64,000 nt of DNA, taken from Halopseudomonas sp. (GTDB taxonomy: Bacteria; Pseudomonadota; Gammaproteobacteria; Pseudomonadales; Pseudomonadaceae). The stretch is from NCBI RefSeq assembly GCF_036960865.1, contig NZ_JBALWE010000013.1, forward strand, positions 5,599 to 69,598, written 5' to 3'. Shown piece by piece: positions 1-8,577 of the stretch. The first letter of the stretch is position 1. Every line of letters starts with the position of its first letter. The position numbers and the translations under genes are program-made. The notes below the pieces were generated by a model. The model saw nothing but the letters and a program-made list of their open reading frames with translations. It did not search any database and had not been told where the DNA came from.

Positions 1-1125
1 CGTTGCTAAAGCTAAGTACAGCATGTATGAAGCGTCGCACTGCTGCATACGGCTTTTGAGCTCCGAAATCAGTATTTCAGTTTCATATTTGCTTAACCTG
101 TTAGTAAGGCATATCAGCCGTTTTTCACGCCTTTCAATGCTGCCAGCAACGGTTTTCGCATGCACAGCACTCAGGACGTGCGATCTACGTAGGCTGGCTG
201 GGGCGCTTCTTTCAAACTGTGTCGCCAAAAATACACCGGACGTTTGGTTGTCCGCGCGGCGCTCTGATGGATCTTGTGTAGTATCCGAGAGGATCGGCTG
301 AGCAGACAGCTCGATATAGGCGGGAGCGTCCTCTGTCTCGGCCACATCGTCGCCATGCAGCTGGTCCGGCTCCGCCGCTGATGCGACGTCGGGATAGCTA
401 CCGAAATCGCCGTAAGATTCAATAGCCTGATTCGTATCTCCCGTTCTTAATGAACCTGTCGGCTTCTCATGCCCAGCGGCTAACTTATACGCATCAATTA
501 CCGCTTCCCCACTGCTGGAGCTGGACGTGCGGAGGTTTTCCAAACTCTCTGCAATCAGGTCTCTAAGGATCCGCCGTACCGGCATCAGTCGTTGATGAGC
601 ATAGCTCAAGCTGTCGTCGGACAGCTCTTCGAAAATCAGGTCAATTCTCGACACGATTTCCTCAACAGAGTGCCAAGCAACAGCTAGATATTTATCAACT
701 TCTATGGCACGTAATCGCTTTTGGGATTTTGTTCGATCCTCATACAACAGGCGAAATACCATCATGGCTCTCAATGGTCTTTCAGGTTTACCGAAACGCT
801 TGTGGTGCTCCAGGGCAGCGAGTAACACTACAGCCTGAAAACTTTGCAGCTCGAGCGTGTCCGCTGGTGTGCATAAAAAAGCCTCAGCTTGAGCTTCAGA
901 AATTTTCTTATCTCCTCGCAACGACTCAAGGGTCTGTAACAGCTTTTGATCTTCGGCAGGCCTATCGCCTATTGTTTTGTCGGTAATGTGTTTCTGCGCG
1001 AGATGTATCAGCGTCGTACCGTTGTCAGCATTCTCGGTGAATTTAATCAGGATTCGGTTGGCTCTCTGTACGAGCGCACCGATGGTAGTGGGATCTTGCC
1101 TTATTGTGAAAAGCGCGTTTATCAC
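1..1125 (-). CDS. Hypothetical island protein; about the first 375 aa are in the window and the C-terminus lies beyond position 1
   Basis: My own reverse-strand translation from GTG at 1125-1123 (VINALFTIRQDPTTIGALVQ...) stays open to position 1. It is absent from the ORF track because no stop falls inside the window. Its start overlaps the stop of the upstream gene (TAGTG). No motif recognised. Confidence 0.45.
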   Translation of the reverse strand, partial: MINALFTIRQDPTTIGALVQRANRILIKFTENADNGTTLIHLAQKHITDKTIGDRPAEDQKLLQTLESLRGDKKISEAQAEAFLCTPADTLELQSFQAVVLLAALEHHKRFGKPERPLRAMMVFRLLYEDRTKSQKRLRAIEVDKYLAVAWHSVEEIVSRIDLIFEELSDDSLSYAHQRLMPVRRILRDLIAESLENLRTSSSSSGEAVIDAYKLAAGHEKPTGSLRTGDTNQAIESYGDFGSYPDVASAAEPDQLHGDDVAETEDAPAYIELSAQPILSDTTQDPSERRADNQTSGVFLATQFERSAPASLRRSHVLSAVHAKTVAGSIERREKRLICLTNRLSKYETEILISELKSRMQQCDASYMLYLALAT

Positions 1126-1694
1126 TAGCTATTGCCCTTAGATTGCTTGGACAGCATTTCCTCGAGCAAGCTTGGTTTTGACGGAGGAGTTATTGGCGCG
1201 GCGATGCGTTGTGCAGCAGATCGCGATATGCCGCACAGGCTTTCAAGCGCGGTAGCCGGTGTGCGCGGCCGGTCACCAGAGAAAATTTTCGGCCATAGCA
1301 ACTCGTGCTTTCTTAACAACTGGAAAGCGCTTGCTTGGTAGCATTCATTAATACCAACAAGGCTAGACATGCCCAATTCAGCCATCACTGCCCGCTCTTC
1401 AATATCAGCTAAGGGTGCTTGATGGACGACCGCGTAAATCGTAGTCATGCCGCGTCTGCGCAACTCATGAAACAGATGCCAACCTGCAAAAAAATGGTAC
1501 TTCTTCAGCTCCAACAGCCCTGACTCTGCCTGCACGACATGCGCTGGCTGCAACTGCTGCAGCGTATTCAGCATATCGTCGCTGAACTGCTTTAAATTCA
1601 TCTGGTCATCAAGCTCTAGAGACGCCTCCACCGCTGAAACTATCGCAGAGTGGGGGTACAGATGGCTCAACTGTAGCTTTTTATATGACGCCAT
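1125..1694 (-). CDS. ParB N-terminal-domain-like / HTH protein (island-borne)
   Basis: 189-aa ORF. The segment YHFFAGWHLFHELRRRG resembles a degenerate ParB/Srx box (compare YxxxAGERRxRAA). An HTH-like segment follows (LESLCGISRSAAQRI). The gene sits in the AT-richer segment and is coupled to the downstream ORF. Confidence 0.45.
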   Translation of the reverse strand: MASYKKLQLSHLYPHSAIVSAVEASLELDDQMNLKQFSDDMLNTLQQLQPAHVVQAESGLLELKKYHFFAGWHLFHELRRRGMTTIYAVVHQAPLADIEERAVMAELGMSSLVGINECYQASAFQLLRKHELLWPKIFSGDRPRTPATALESLCGISRSAAQRIAAPITPPSKPSLLEEMLSKQSKGNS

Positions 1695-2126
1695 AATGGA
1701 TTACCTCCAAGCAGGCTTGAAGCGTGGATTTTTAAATTCTTAGCCTTCGCTCGTAACGCCTGTGCTTGCCAATAATTGGAGGTTTTTACTACCAGCCACA
1801 GCAGAGTCAATGACTTCCAAGCGCAAATTGCTTCTAGAAAAAAGTAGATGGAGCCCAGCGCTTCGCCCTTATCGGAAGGCCATTTCCGAGGTGAAAAATA
1901 TCAAATACTCAGGTCGGTCCATTTTAGGCGATACTCATTATTCTTCAACATATGAATCATAACGACCTGTGAGCTTGAGCCCATGACGCGCTACCTCACC
2001 ACAGAGAATGTGATTAAACGACTACGTTAGTGCCTAATCAGAAAATGGGGAAATCGCTTGAAAGCCTTGATATGCTTGATTTACACTAATTTATACAGCT
2101 TAATGACGCTTAGCGACGCTAGGCGA

Positions 2127-2178
2127 CACTGCCCTCCGAAGGCGGGGGTCACAGGTTCGAATCCTGTCGGGTGCGCCA
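2127..2178 (+). tRNA. Truncated tRNA-Arg(CCG): anticodon arm, variable loop, T-arm, 3' acceptor strand and CCA only (att-type remnant)
   Basis: Anticodon stem ctgcc/ggcgg with loop ctCCGaa (anticodon CCG at 2136-2138). T-arm is acagg-TTCGAAT-cctgt, followed by 3' acceptor cgggtgc, discriminator g and CCA at 2176-2178. The required 5' acceptor strand gcacccg and a D-arm are absent in the 80 nt upstream. Confidence 0.6.
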
Positions 2179-2225
2179 CACAAAGCAAAAGGCCCAGCAA
2201 CCGCTGGGCCTTTTGCTTTGTGTGG
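2176..2225 (+). terminator. Long perfect hairpin, probably the native tRNA terminator (possibly bidirectional)
   Basis: ccacacaaagcaaaaggcccagc (2176-2198), loop aacc, then gctgggccttttgctttgtgtgg (2203-2225). This is a perfect 23-bp stem starting on the CCA. A second hairpin, ctgaggct-gattaaa-agcctcag, lies at 2241-2263. Confidence 0.55.
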
Positions 2226-2448
2226 TTTAGCGCAACGCTGAGGCTGATTAAAAGCCTCAGTTCGACAAACCGCAACGCGATCCGCAGCACCTTCCGCTAC
2301 TATCACACCTGGCTTGCAACGCCCCTTTGCCTGGCATCAGATGCCGCTTCACTGCCCACTGTCGCGCCCAAGACAGTCACCCGCGCGTGTGCCCATTAAG
2401 GTGTTCAATCGCACAGTACAGTGGCACATCGAAACCAGGAGAATAAAA

Positions 2449-3303
2449 ATGAGCTTTGATGCAAAGGTAGTCTGGATTACCGGGGCCTCATCCGGCATTG
2501 GTGAAGCACTGGCCAAGGCGTTTATCGCGCAGGGCGCGCGAGTGATTCTGTCTGGCCGGCGTGCCGATGCACTGCAGACCGTGGCCGATCTTGCGCCCGA
2601 GCGTTGCCTGATCCTGCCGTTTGACACCACCGACTACCAGCTGCTGCCCACGCTGGCTGAGCAGGCCTGGCAGTGGACTGGGCATATTGATCTGCTGATC
2701 AACAATGCCGGCATCAGCCAGCGCAGCCTGGCGCTGGATACCTCGCTGGACGTTTACCGTAAGCTGATGGAGGTCGACTACCTCGCCCCGGTGGCGCTGA
2801 CCCAGGCCTTGCTGCCGCGCATGATCGCGCAGGGCGGCGGCCAGCTTGCGGTTGTCAGCTCGGTGGCTGGCAAGCTGGGGGCACCGCTGCGCACCGGTTA
2901 CTGCGGCGCCAAACACGCAGTGGTCGGTTACTTCGAGGCCCTGCGGGCCGAGGTGGAAACCGCCTACGGCATCGGTGTGAGTATCATTCTGCCGGGATCG
3001 GTGCGCACCGCCATCGCCCAGAATGCCCTTGAGGGCGGCGGCGCCGCGCGCGGCCGCTCCGATACCAATATCGACAACGGCATCGACCCGGACGCAGCCG
3101 CGCAAACCATCATCGAAGGCTTGCTGCAGCGCCAACATGACATCGTGGTCGCCGAAGGTATGGAGTTGGCTTCACTGCAGATGCGCGTCAGCAACCCGGC
3201 ACAACTGTTTGCCTTTACCGCGCAGGAGGGAAAACGCCTGGCGCAGCAACGCGCTGAGCTAGGCGCTGGCGCCTCGGTAGATCCCAGCGCAGTGAATCGA
3301 TAA
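2449..3303 (+). CDS. Short-chain dehydrogenase/reductase (SDR) family oxidoreductase
   Basis: Start moved to the ATG at 2449 behind an AGGAGA RBS. N-terminus is MSFDAKVVWITGASSGIGEAL (TGxxxGIG cofactor motif). NNAG and YCGAKHA (YxxxK) catalytic motifs are present. Confidence 0.85.
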   Translation: MSFDAKVVWITGASSGIGEALAKAFIAQGARVILSGRRADALQTVADLAPERCLILPFDTTDYQLLPTLAEQAWQWTGHIDLLINNAGISQRSLALDTSLDVYRKLMEVDYLAPVALTQALLPRMIAQGGGQLAVVSSVAGKLGAPLRTGYCGAKHAVVGYFEALRAEVETAYGIGVSIILPGSVRTAIAQNALEGGGAARGRSDTNIDNGIDPDAAAQTIIEGLLQRQHDIVVAEGMELASLQMRVSNPAQLFAFTAQEGKRLAQQRAELGAGASVDPSAVNR

Positions 3304-3407
3304 GCGTCCGACGCTCGCGGCGCGGCCGGTCGCCGCTGCCGCTGCCGCCGCCAAGTGACGCCATGTCAGATCGGCCGATTGCGTATGGCGGGTGACAACG
3401 GCTGCCT

Positions 3408-3444
3408 GCTGCACAAGGCTGCACATGGTTCGGCCTTGTGCAGC
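3408..3444. terminator. Hairpin between convergent genes
   Basis: gctgcacaaggc (3408-3419) pairs with gccttgtgcagc (3433-3444), a 12-bp stem lying between the SDR and EAL gene 3' ends. There is no clear T-tract. Confidence 0.35.
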
Positions 3445-3463
3445 GGGCCTTATGCCCGCCCAC

Positions 3464-4231
3464 TCAGGCGGCGATGAAGTTGACCTCAGGCAGGCATTCG
3501 AATCCCGGCTTGGCCAGCAAATACCCCTGCATCAGCTCCACTCCAGCCGCCCGCAGCCACAAGTACTCTTCATGGGTTTCAATGCCTTCGGCCAAGGGCC
3601 TGATATTGAGGCTGCGCAGCATCGCCAGGCAGTGGCTGACGATATGTTGCCGGGTCTGATCACGGTCGATGTTGCGGATCAGCCCCATGTCGAGCTTGAT
3701 GATATCGGTTTGGAAGTCCGCCAGCAGGTTGAGTCCCGAGTAGCCCGAGCCAAAGTCATCCAGCGCGGTCTTGAAACCCAGCGCTTGATAGTACTCGACG
3801 ATACCCTTGATATTGGTGCTGTCTTCTATCTTCTCGACTTCGGTAAATTCGAACATGATGCGTTCGGTAGGAAAGTCATACGCCTTGGCCGCCTCAAAGG
3901 TAGTGCGGATACACAACTCCGGACGGTAAATGGCGTTGGGCAGAAAGTTGATACTGAGCATCGAGTCAATGCCCAGTTGCGCCGCCAAGGCGATGGCCTT
4001 GATGCGGCACTGCTGATCAAAGGCGTAGCGGTTGTCTTCGTTTACCTGCGAGATGATCGAGTAGGCCGACTCGTTATTCAGGCCCCGGACCAGCGCTTCA
4101 TAGCCGAATACGCTATTGTCCGTACAATTGACGATAGGCTGAAAGGCCATGGTGAAATCAAAACCCAGTGCCGCCGTGTCGGCGCAGTGGCTGCAGCCTG
4201 CCTTCTCGCAGGGGGGTGACGAGTCTTGCAT
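3464..4231 (-). CDS. Stand-alone EAL-domain protein (putative c-di-GMP phosphodiesterase) with an N-terminal Cys cluster
   Basis: Motifs present: FQPIV, YEALVRG, NFLPN, EFTE, DDFGSGYS, KLD, EGIET, QGY. The ATG at 4231 (MQDSSPPCEKAGCSHC...) is preceded by GGGAG. Confidence 0.85.
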   Translation of the reverse strand: MQDSSPPCEKAGCSHCADTAALGFDFTMAFQPIVNCTDNSVFGYEALVRGLNNESAYSIISQVNEDNRYAFDQQCRIKAIALAAQLGIDSMLSINFLPNAIYRPELCIRTTFEAAKAYDFPTERIMFEFTEVEKIEDSTNIKGIVEYYQALGFKTALDDFGSGYSGLNLLADFQTDIIKLDMGLIRNIDRDQTRQHIVSHCLAMLRSLNIRPLAEGIETHEEYLWLRAAGVELMQGYLLAKPGFECLPEVNFIAA

Positions 4232-4417
4232 GTGCGAGCTCCCGGGCGCTGTTAGCGATCGGCCTGTGCAGCGGCAAACCATCCTGCAATCCGCCTACCA
4301 AGACCATTGCCCCGAAGTGTAACGCCCCGCCTCACTGCTAGCCACCGCTGCGCTAGCCGCTAGCCGAGAAAGCAGCGTGGTGCACAGCCGACATTGCCGA
4401 CCGGCAGACGCGGATGG

Positions 4418-5092
4418 TCAGCCAGCCAGGCGGCACCAGGCCAGCGGGTGGGTGCTGCATGCCCCACTGGCGATCGCCTGTCTGACCTCCGCTACGTCTA
4501 CCCGGTTGAGGTAGCCAACAGCATCCGCCATGCGCTCGGCCTGACCAAAACCGCCTTCGAGCATTTCCGCCATTGCCTGCTCGCGCGTCCAGCCCTGATA
4601 AACAATGCGATACATGGCGGTGATAAGGCCAGTACGGTTCTGGCCGTGCTTGCAATGCACCAGCACACCACCGCGCTGCTCGCCTGCACGGATGGCGCGC
4701 AGTACGGCGATTACCTCGGTATCCGTCACTCGGTCGCCGCGCAGCGGAATATGCACGCGGGCGATGCGATCGTCACGCAGCCAGTTGGCATCGTCCTCTT
4801 GGTAGAGGTTTATGACGGTACTGATACCCCGCTCACGCAGTTCCGTCATATCTGCCGCCTGCGGCAATGCGCTGCGGTAGAGCGTGGGGCTGAGCGCGTA
4901 GAAACGAAAATACTGGTCCAGCGGTTGCGCCCAGGCGGCCGGTCGCGGCGCCTGCTCGGAGAGAAAAAGCGGCGGGAATGCAACTTCATCGCTGCGCAGT
5001 ACATCAGGTCGCCAAAGGGCAACTATGGCCAGTATACCCAGCGGTATAGCAAGCCATACCGCCGAGCGCCGAAGGCGCTTAAATCGGTTCAT
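4418..5092 (-). CDS. Membrane-anchored or secreted Cys-based phosphatase (dual-specificity/PTP-like family)
   Basis: HCKHGQNRTG matches the CX5R(S/T) P-loop. The N-terminal hydrophobic segment is MNRFKRLRRSAVWLAIPLGILAIVAL. It is the last gene of the operon and overlaps the PAP2 stop. Confidence 0.75.
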   Translation of the reverse strand: MNRFKRLRRSAVWLAIPLGILAIVALWRPDVLRSDEVAFPPLFLSEQAPRPAAWAQPLDQYFRFYALSPTLYRSALPQAADMTELRERGISTVINLYQEDDANWLRDDRIARVHIPLRGDRVTDTEVIAVLRAIRAGEQRGGVLVHCKHGQNRTGLITAMYRIVYQGWTREQAMAEMLEGGFGQAERMADAVGYLNRVDVAEVRQAIASGACSTHPLAWCRLAG

Positions 5093-5825
5093 GGTGAACG
5101 ACTCCATGGTTTTTTGTTGTCTGGGGAGCTGTCACGGGTTGCCGATACAGTAACAGACGATAACAGAGAAGACTGATGCACCAGTCAAACAACAAGGTCC
5201 ACAGGTTGTGCGACATGAAATGAGCACCCTGCATGGTGCGGCCCACCGAGAAGATCCCGCCCAGGCCCAACGCCACGATCAGAGCAACGCGGGCAGCGCG
5301 CGGGCGCCGGTCGCGCAGCATGAAAAATAGCGCCAGCAGGGAGAAACCCGCAGACGCGTGGCCACCCGGCCAGCAGCGACCGGGCTTGGCATCGGACGGC
5401 CGCTCACTCAGCAGGGACGTGTGCTGCTGATCACCGCCATACTGTTGCAGGCTCCAGGGACAGGGCACATTGGTCAGCGCCTTGAGCGGCGTTACCAGGC
5501 TAGTGCATAGCGCCATGGCCAGCACCAGATAACCCAGCGGGCGCCGGTACTGGCGCAACCGGGTGAGCAACAAGCTGAACAGAAAACCGCCAATTGCCAG
5601 TACGCCAATAACGATCACCGCCTGCTTGGCGCGGTCATGCAGAATGTCCTCCAGAAAAAAGCTCTGGCGCCCGACAAACCCCACACCTGGCTCATAGAAG
5701 AGATTGGAGATGGCCACGTCCAGCGGGCCCGGATCGACCAGCAACATCAGCGCCATAACGCTCAGCGGCAACGCGAACCAGAACCGGAAGTTGAAGAGCC
5801 TGGCCTTCAGCTCAGGCGCGCTCAT
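5079..5825 (-). CDS. PAP2-family (acid/lipid) phosphatase, integral membrane
   Basis: PAP2 signature pieces: PGGHASAGF (PSGH-like) and GRTMQGAHFMSHNLW (SRxxxxxHxxxD-like), with several hydrophobic helices. Its start shares an ATGA overlap with the upstream gene. Confidence 0.8.
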   Translation of the reverse strand: MSAPELKARLFNFRFWFALPLSVMALMLLVDPGPLDVAISNLFYEPGVGFVGRQSFFLEDILHDRAKQAVIVIGVLAIGGFLFSLLLTRLRQYRRPLGYLVLAMALCTSLVTPLKALTNVPCPWSLQQYGGDQQHTSLLSERPSDAKPGRCWPGGHASAGFSLLALFFMLRDRRPRAARVALIVALGLGGIFSVGRTMQGAHFMSHNLWTLLFDWCISLLCYRLLLYRQPVTAPQTTKNHGVVHHEPI

Positions 5826-7780
5826 CGTTGGCTAACCCGGGTCTTTGGCTGTGCCTCGGCATGCCAGCCCAGCAGCGCATGGCCAAAGTCGTAACTGGCG
5901 CCTTCGTAGTAGGCAATGCTGCGGGCAACCAGGGGGTCGTTCTGCGCCGCCGTCATTTCCCGGCTGTGGCCCAGGGCATCGTCGTGCCGGCGCATCAACT
6001 GCCGCGGGCTGAGGATCGCCAGGTTGTCGCCATCAAACAACCCCAGATGCTGGTAATTACCGATCAATGCACGGCCGGGGGCACTGTCTTCACGCAGCAC
6101 GTTGCGGCCGAAGAAGGTCGAGGTGTAATCCATGTTCAGCAGGCCGAGCAGCGTCGGGGCAATGTCGATCTGGCTGGCCAGGGTGCTTACCTCGGCCGGC
6201 TGGACCACACCAGGGGCGTAGATGAACAAGGGGATGTGGTAGTTGCTGACCGGCAGGTCTTCCTTGCCCGCGCTGCCCGCCGTGTGGTCGGCCACAAACA
6301 CGAACAGGGTGTTGGCAAACCAGGGCTTTTGCCGCGCCGCACGCAAAAACTGGCCAATGGCGTAATCGGTGTACTTCACCGCGCCCTCGCGGCCACTGCC
6401 GGAGGGAATGTCGATGCGCCCCTCCGGGTAGCTGTAGGGCCGATGGTTAGAGGTGGTCATCAGCTGCAGAAAGAACGGGCTGCCCTTGGCGAAATCGGCA
6501 TCGGCCACTTTTAGCGTCTGCTGATACAGGTCTTCGTCGCTCATGCCCCAGGCATTGGTGAAGGTGACCTCGTCATCCGGCACGCTGGCCTGATCGACAA
6601 TGCGGTAACCATTGCCGGCGAAGAAGGCATTCATGTTGTCGAAATAGCCGCGCCCGCCATACATGAAGACGCTGTCGTAACCTTGCGCACTAAACTGCTG
6701 GCCCAGGCTGGCGAAGCCACTCTCGCGGCCTACCCGTTTGACGATAGAGCGGCCCGGCGTGGGCGGGATAGACAGGGTAATGGCCTCCAGGCCCCGCGTG
6801 GTGCGGGTGCCGGTGGCATACAGGTTCCTGAAATACAGGCTCTGCTTACGCAATGCATCAAGCTCGGGGCTAAGGCCACGGGTATCGCCTTCGCTGCCAA
6901 GATACTTGGCACTCAGGCTTTCGACGGTCACCAGTATCACGTTCAGCCGTCTGGGCTGACCGGGGTTGTCGATCTGCCGGCGAATACTCAGCGGATCCGA
7001 CTCTACAAAGTGCGCATTCGGCTCGCGCACCTCGTCACGCAATTGCGAAGCAACCTGCTGCAACGGCAGCACCGGATAGAACTGCTCGTAATCCAGCTCG
7101 TTGTTGCGGAACGCCGCAAAAAACTGGTAAGGCCCGTTAGCCGCCAGCTCATGCTGGTAAGCGTTGCCCCCGCTGCTGCGCGGAAAGCCCTGCCCCACCA
7201 CCGCGAGACTCAACCCGAACAGCAGAGCCCAGCCCATCACCAGCGTACCGCGCTGACGCCAGGCCAAAACGGGCGCCGCGGCCATGCTGCGCATCGCGCC
7301 ACGCAAGGCCAGCGTCATAGCGATGGCGGTCAGCGCCAGCACGCCAAGCAACGGGTAAACCGGATAGGATTCGAGAATATTGTTGAGCACCTCATCGGAA
7401 TAGACCAGATAGTCCACCGCGATGAAGTTGAAGCGCACGCTGAACTCATCCCAGAACAGCCATTCCGCCACCGCCGTGAACAGCATGATGAAAATGCTCA
7501 GGGTGAGTACCAGATTCAACACCCGCTGATGCCAGCGGCTGCGCCAGAATCGCGCGGGGCAGAGCAGCAGATATAAGGCCATGGGGGCCACTGCGTAGAG
7601 CAGAAACACCAGGTCGTAGACCAGGCCTCCGGCGTACAGCGTCAGGGTGCTGCCCAGCCCCAGCTGTGCCTCATGCAGGTGGGAAAACAGGAGCAGACTG
7701 CGGGTCAGCAGGAAGACCCCAAGCCAGAGCAGGAAGATCAGGGCGAGAAAACGCGTTTGCGCAAATTTTAGCGGGTGCAT
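5822..7780 (-). CDS. LTA-synthase/sulfatase-family membrane transferase (phosphoglycerol- or phosphoethanolamine-transferase-like)
   Basis: 652 aa. An N-terminal polytopic region is followed by an alkaline-phosphatase-superfamily domain (ILVTVESLSAKYLG, SNHRPYSYP, FVADH). Confidence 0.75.
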   Translation of the reverse strand: MHPLKFAQTRFLALIFLLWLGVFLLTRSLLLFSHLHEAQLGLGSTLTLYAGGLVYDLVFLLYAVAPMALYLLLCPARFWRSRWHQRVLNLVLTLSIFIMLFTAVAEWLFWDEFSVRFNFIAVDYLVYSDEVLNNILESYPVYPLLGVLALTAIAMTLALRGAMRSMAAAPVLAWRQRGTLVMGWALLFGLSLAVVGQGFPRSSGGNAYQHELAANGPYQFFAAFRNNELDYEQFYPVLPLQQVASQLRDEVREPNAHFVESDPLSIRRQIDNPGQPRRLNVILVTVESLSAKYLGSEGDTRGLSPELDALRKQSLYFRNLYATGTRTTRGLEAITLSIPPTPGRSIVKRVGRESGFASLGQQFSAQGYDSVFMYGGRGYFDNMNAFFAGNGYRIVDQASVPDDEVTFTNAWGMSDEDLYQQTLKVADADFAKGSPFFLQLMTTSNHRPYSYPEGRIDIPSGSGREGAVKYTDYAIGQFLRAARQKPWFANTLFVFVADHTAGSAGKEDLPVSNYHIPLFIYAPGVVQPAEVSTLASQIDIAPTLLGLLNMDYTSTFFGRNVLREDSAPGRALIGNYQHLGLFDGDNLAILSPRQLMRRHDDALGHSREMTAAQNDPLVARSIAYYEGASYDFGHALLGWHAEAQPKTRVSQR

Positions 7781-7849
7781 TGTATGATCCGGGTTGATGA
7801 CACTGGCGCAAGTGTGGCCATACTGCTGTCAGCAGAGCGTCAACTCTCC

Positions 7850-7865
7850 GTGAAAAAATCGTTAA
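7850..7865 (-). promoter_or_regulatory. ColR-binding-site candidate in the divergent promoter region
   Basis: The reverse strand reads TTAACGATTTTTTCAC. This fits every position of the ColR consensus as I recall it from P. putida work, (T/C)(T/C)NA(C/G)NN(T/C)TTTTT(C/G)AC. It lies 70 nt upstream of the transferase start and about 30 nt upstream of colR. Confidence 0.55.
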
Positions 7866-7893
7866 ATATCCGCCCTGCTGCCGAGGTCGCTGC

Positions 7894-8577
7894 ATGCGTA
7901 TTCTGGTAATCGAAGACAACCGCGACATCCTGGCCAACGTGCTGGACTACCTGCAGCTCAAGGGCTACACCGTGGACTGCGCGCAGGATGGCCTCTCCGG
8001 CCTGCATCTGGCGGTGACGGATCACTATGACCTGATCGTGCTGGATGTGATGCTGCCCGGCATGGACGGATATCAGTTGTGCCAACGCCTGCGCGACGAT
8101 GCCCAGCGCGACACCCCGATCATCATGCTGACCGCCCGCGATCAACTGGATGACCGCCTCAAGGGGCTCAACAGCGGCGCCGACGACTACCTGGTAAAAC
8201 CCTTTGCCCTTTCCGAGCTGGTCGCGCGGATCGAGGCCATCCTGCGCCGCAGCCAGGGCGGCGCACGGCACCAGCTGCAAGTGGCCGAACTGACCTACAA
8301 CCTTGACACCCTGCAGGTCAGCCGCCAGGGCAAGCCGCTGAAACTCAACCCGGTCGGCCTCAAACTGCTGGAAGTGCTGATGCGCAAAAGCCCGGCGGTG
8401 GTTCGCCGTGCGGTACTGGAGGAAGCCCTGTGGGGCGAGGAGCTACCCGATAGCGACAGCTTGCGCAGCCACGTACACCAATTGCGCCAGGTGATCGACA
8501 AACCCTTCGAGCAGCCCCTGCTGCACACCGTGCACGGCCTTGGCTACTGTCTGGCAGAGCGCAGCGATGAACGCTAA
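7894..8577 (+). CDS. colR: OmpR-family response regulator ColR
   Basis: MRILVIEDNRDILANV... forms a receiver domain with the DVMLPGMDG phospho-acceptor region, followed by a winged-helix C-terminus. Gene context (colS, methyltransferase, inaA-like, dgkA) matches the Pseudomonas ColRS locus. Confidence 0.85.
   Translation: MRILVIEDNRDILANVLDYLQLKGYTVDCAQDGLSGLHLAVTDHYDLIVLDVMLPGMDGYQLCQRLRDDAQRDTPIIMLTARDQLDDRLKGLNSGADDYLVKPFALSELVARIEAILRRSQGGARHQLQVAELTYNLDTLQVSRQGKPLKLNPVGLKLLEVLMRKSPAVVRRAVLEEALWGEELPDSDSLRSHVHQLRQVIDKPFEQPLLHTVHGLGYCLAERSDER

Larger units (their letters stand above)
1..2178. mobile_element. Distal end of an integrated genomic island / ICE-like element, bounded by a tRNA-Arg 3' fragment
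   Basis: Sequence from 1 to about 2100 is visibly AT-richer than the GC-rich remainder. It ends at a 52-nt copy of the 3' half of tRNA-Arg(CCG) (2127-2178) that has no matching 5' acceptor strand, the usual distal att scar of tRNA-targeting integrases. A ParB-like gene lies next to this end. Confidence 0.5.

Noticed and set aside
2102-2178. A complete 77-nt tRNA-Arg gene
   Set aside because: The 5' 25 nt (aatgacgcttagcgacgctaggcga) cannot pair with the 3' acceptor strand cgggtgc and forms no D-arm. Only the 3' two-thirds is tRNA-like.
2058-2399. ORFs overlapping the tRNA remnant and hairpins (2058-2399 +, 2081-2290 -, 2100-2306 -)
   Set aside because: They span a tRNA-derived segment and two perfect hairpins. 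The upstream part of the 2314-3303 ORF was also trimmed to the RBS-preceded ATG at 2449.
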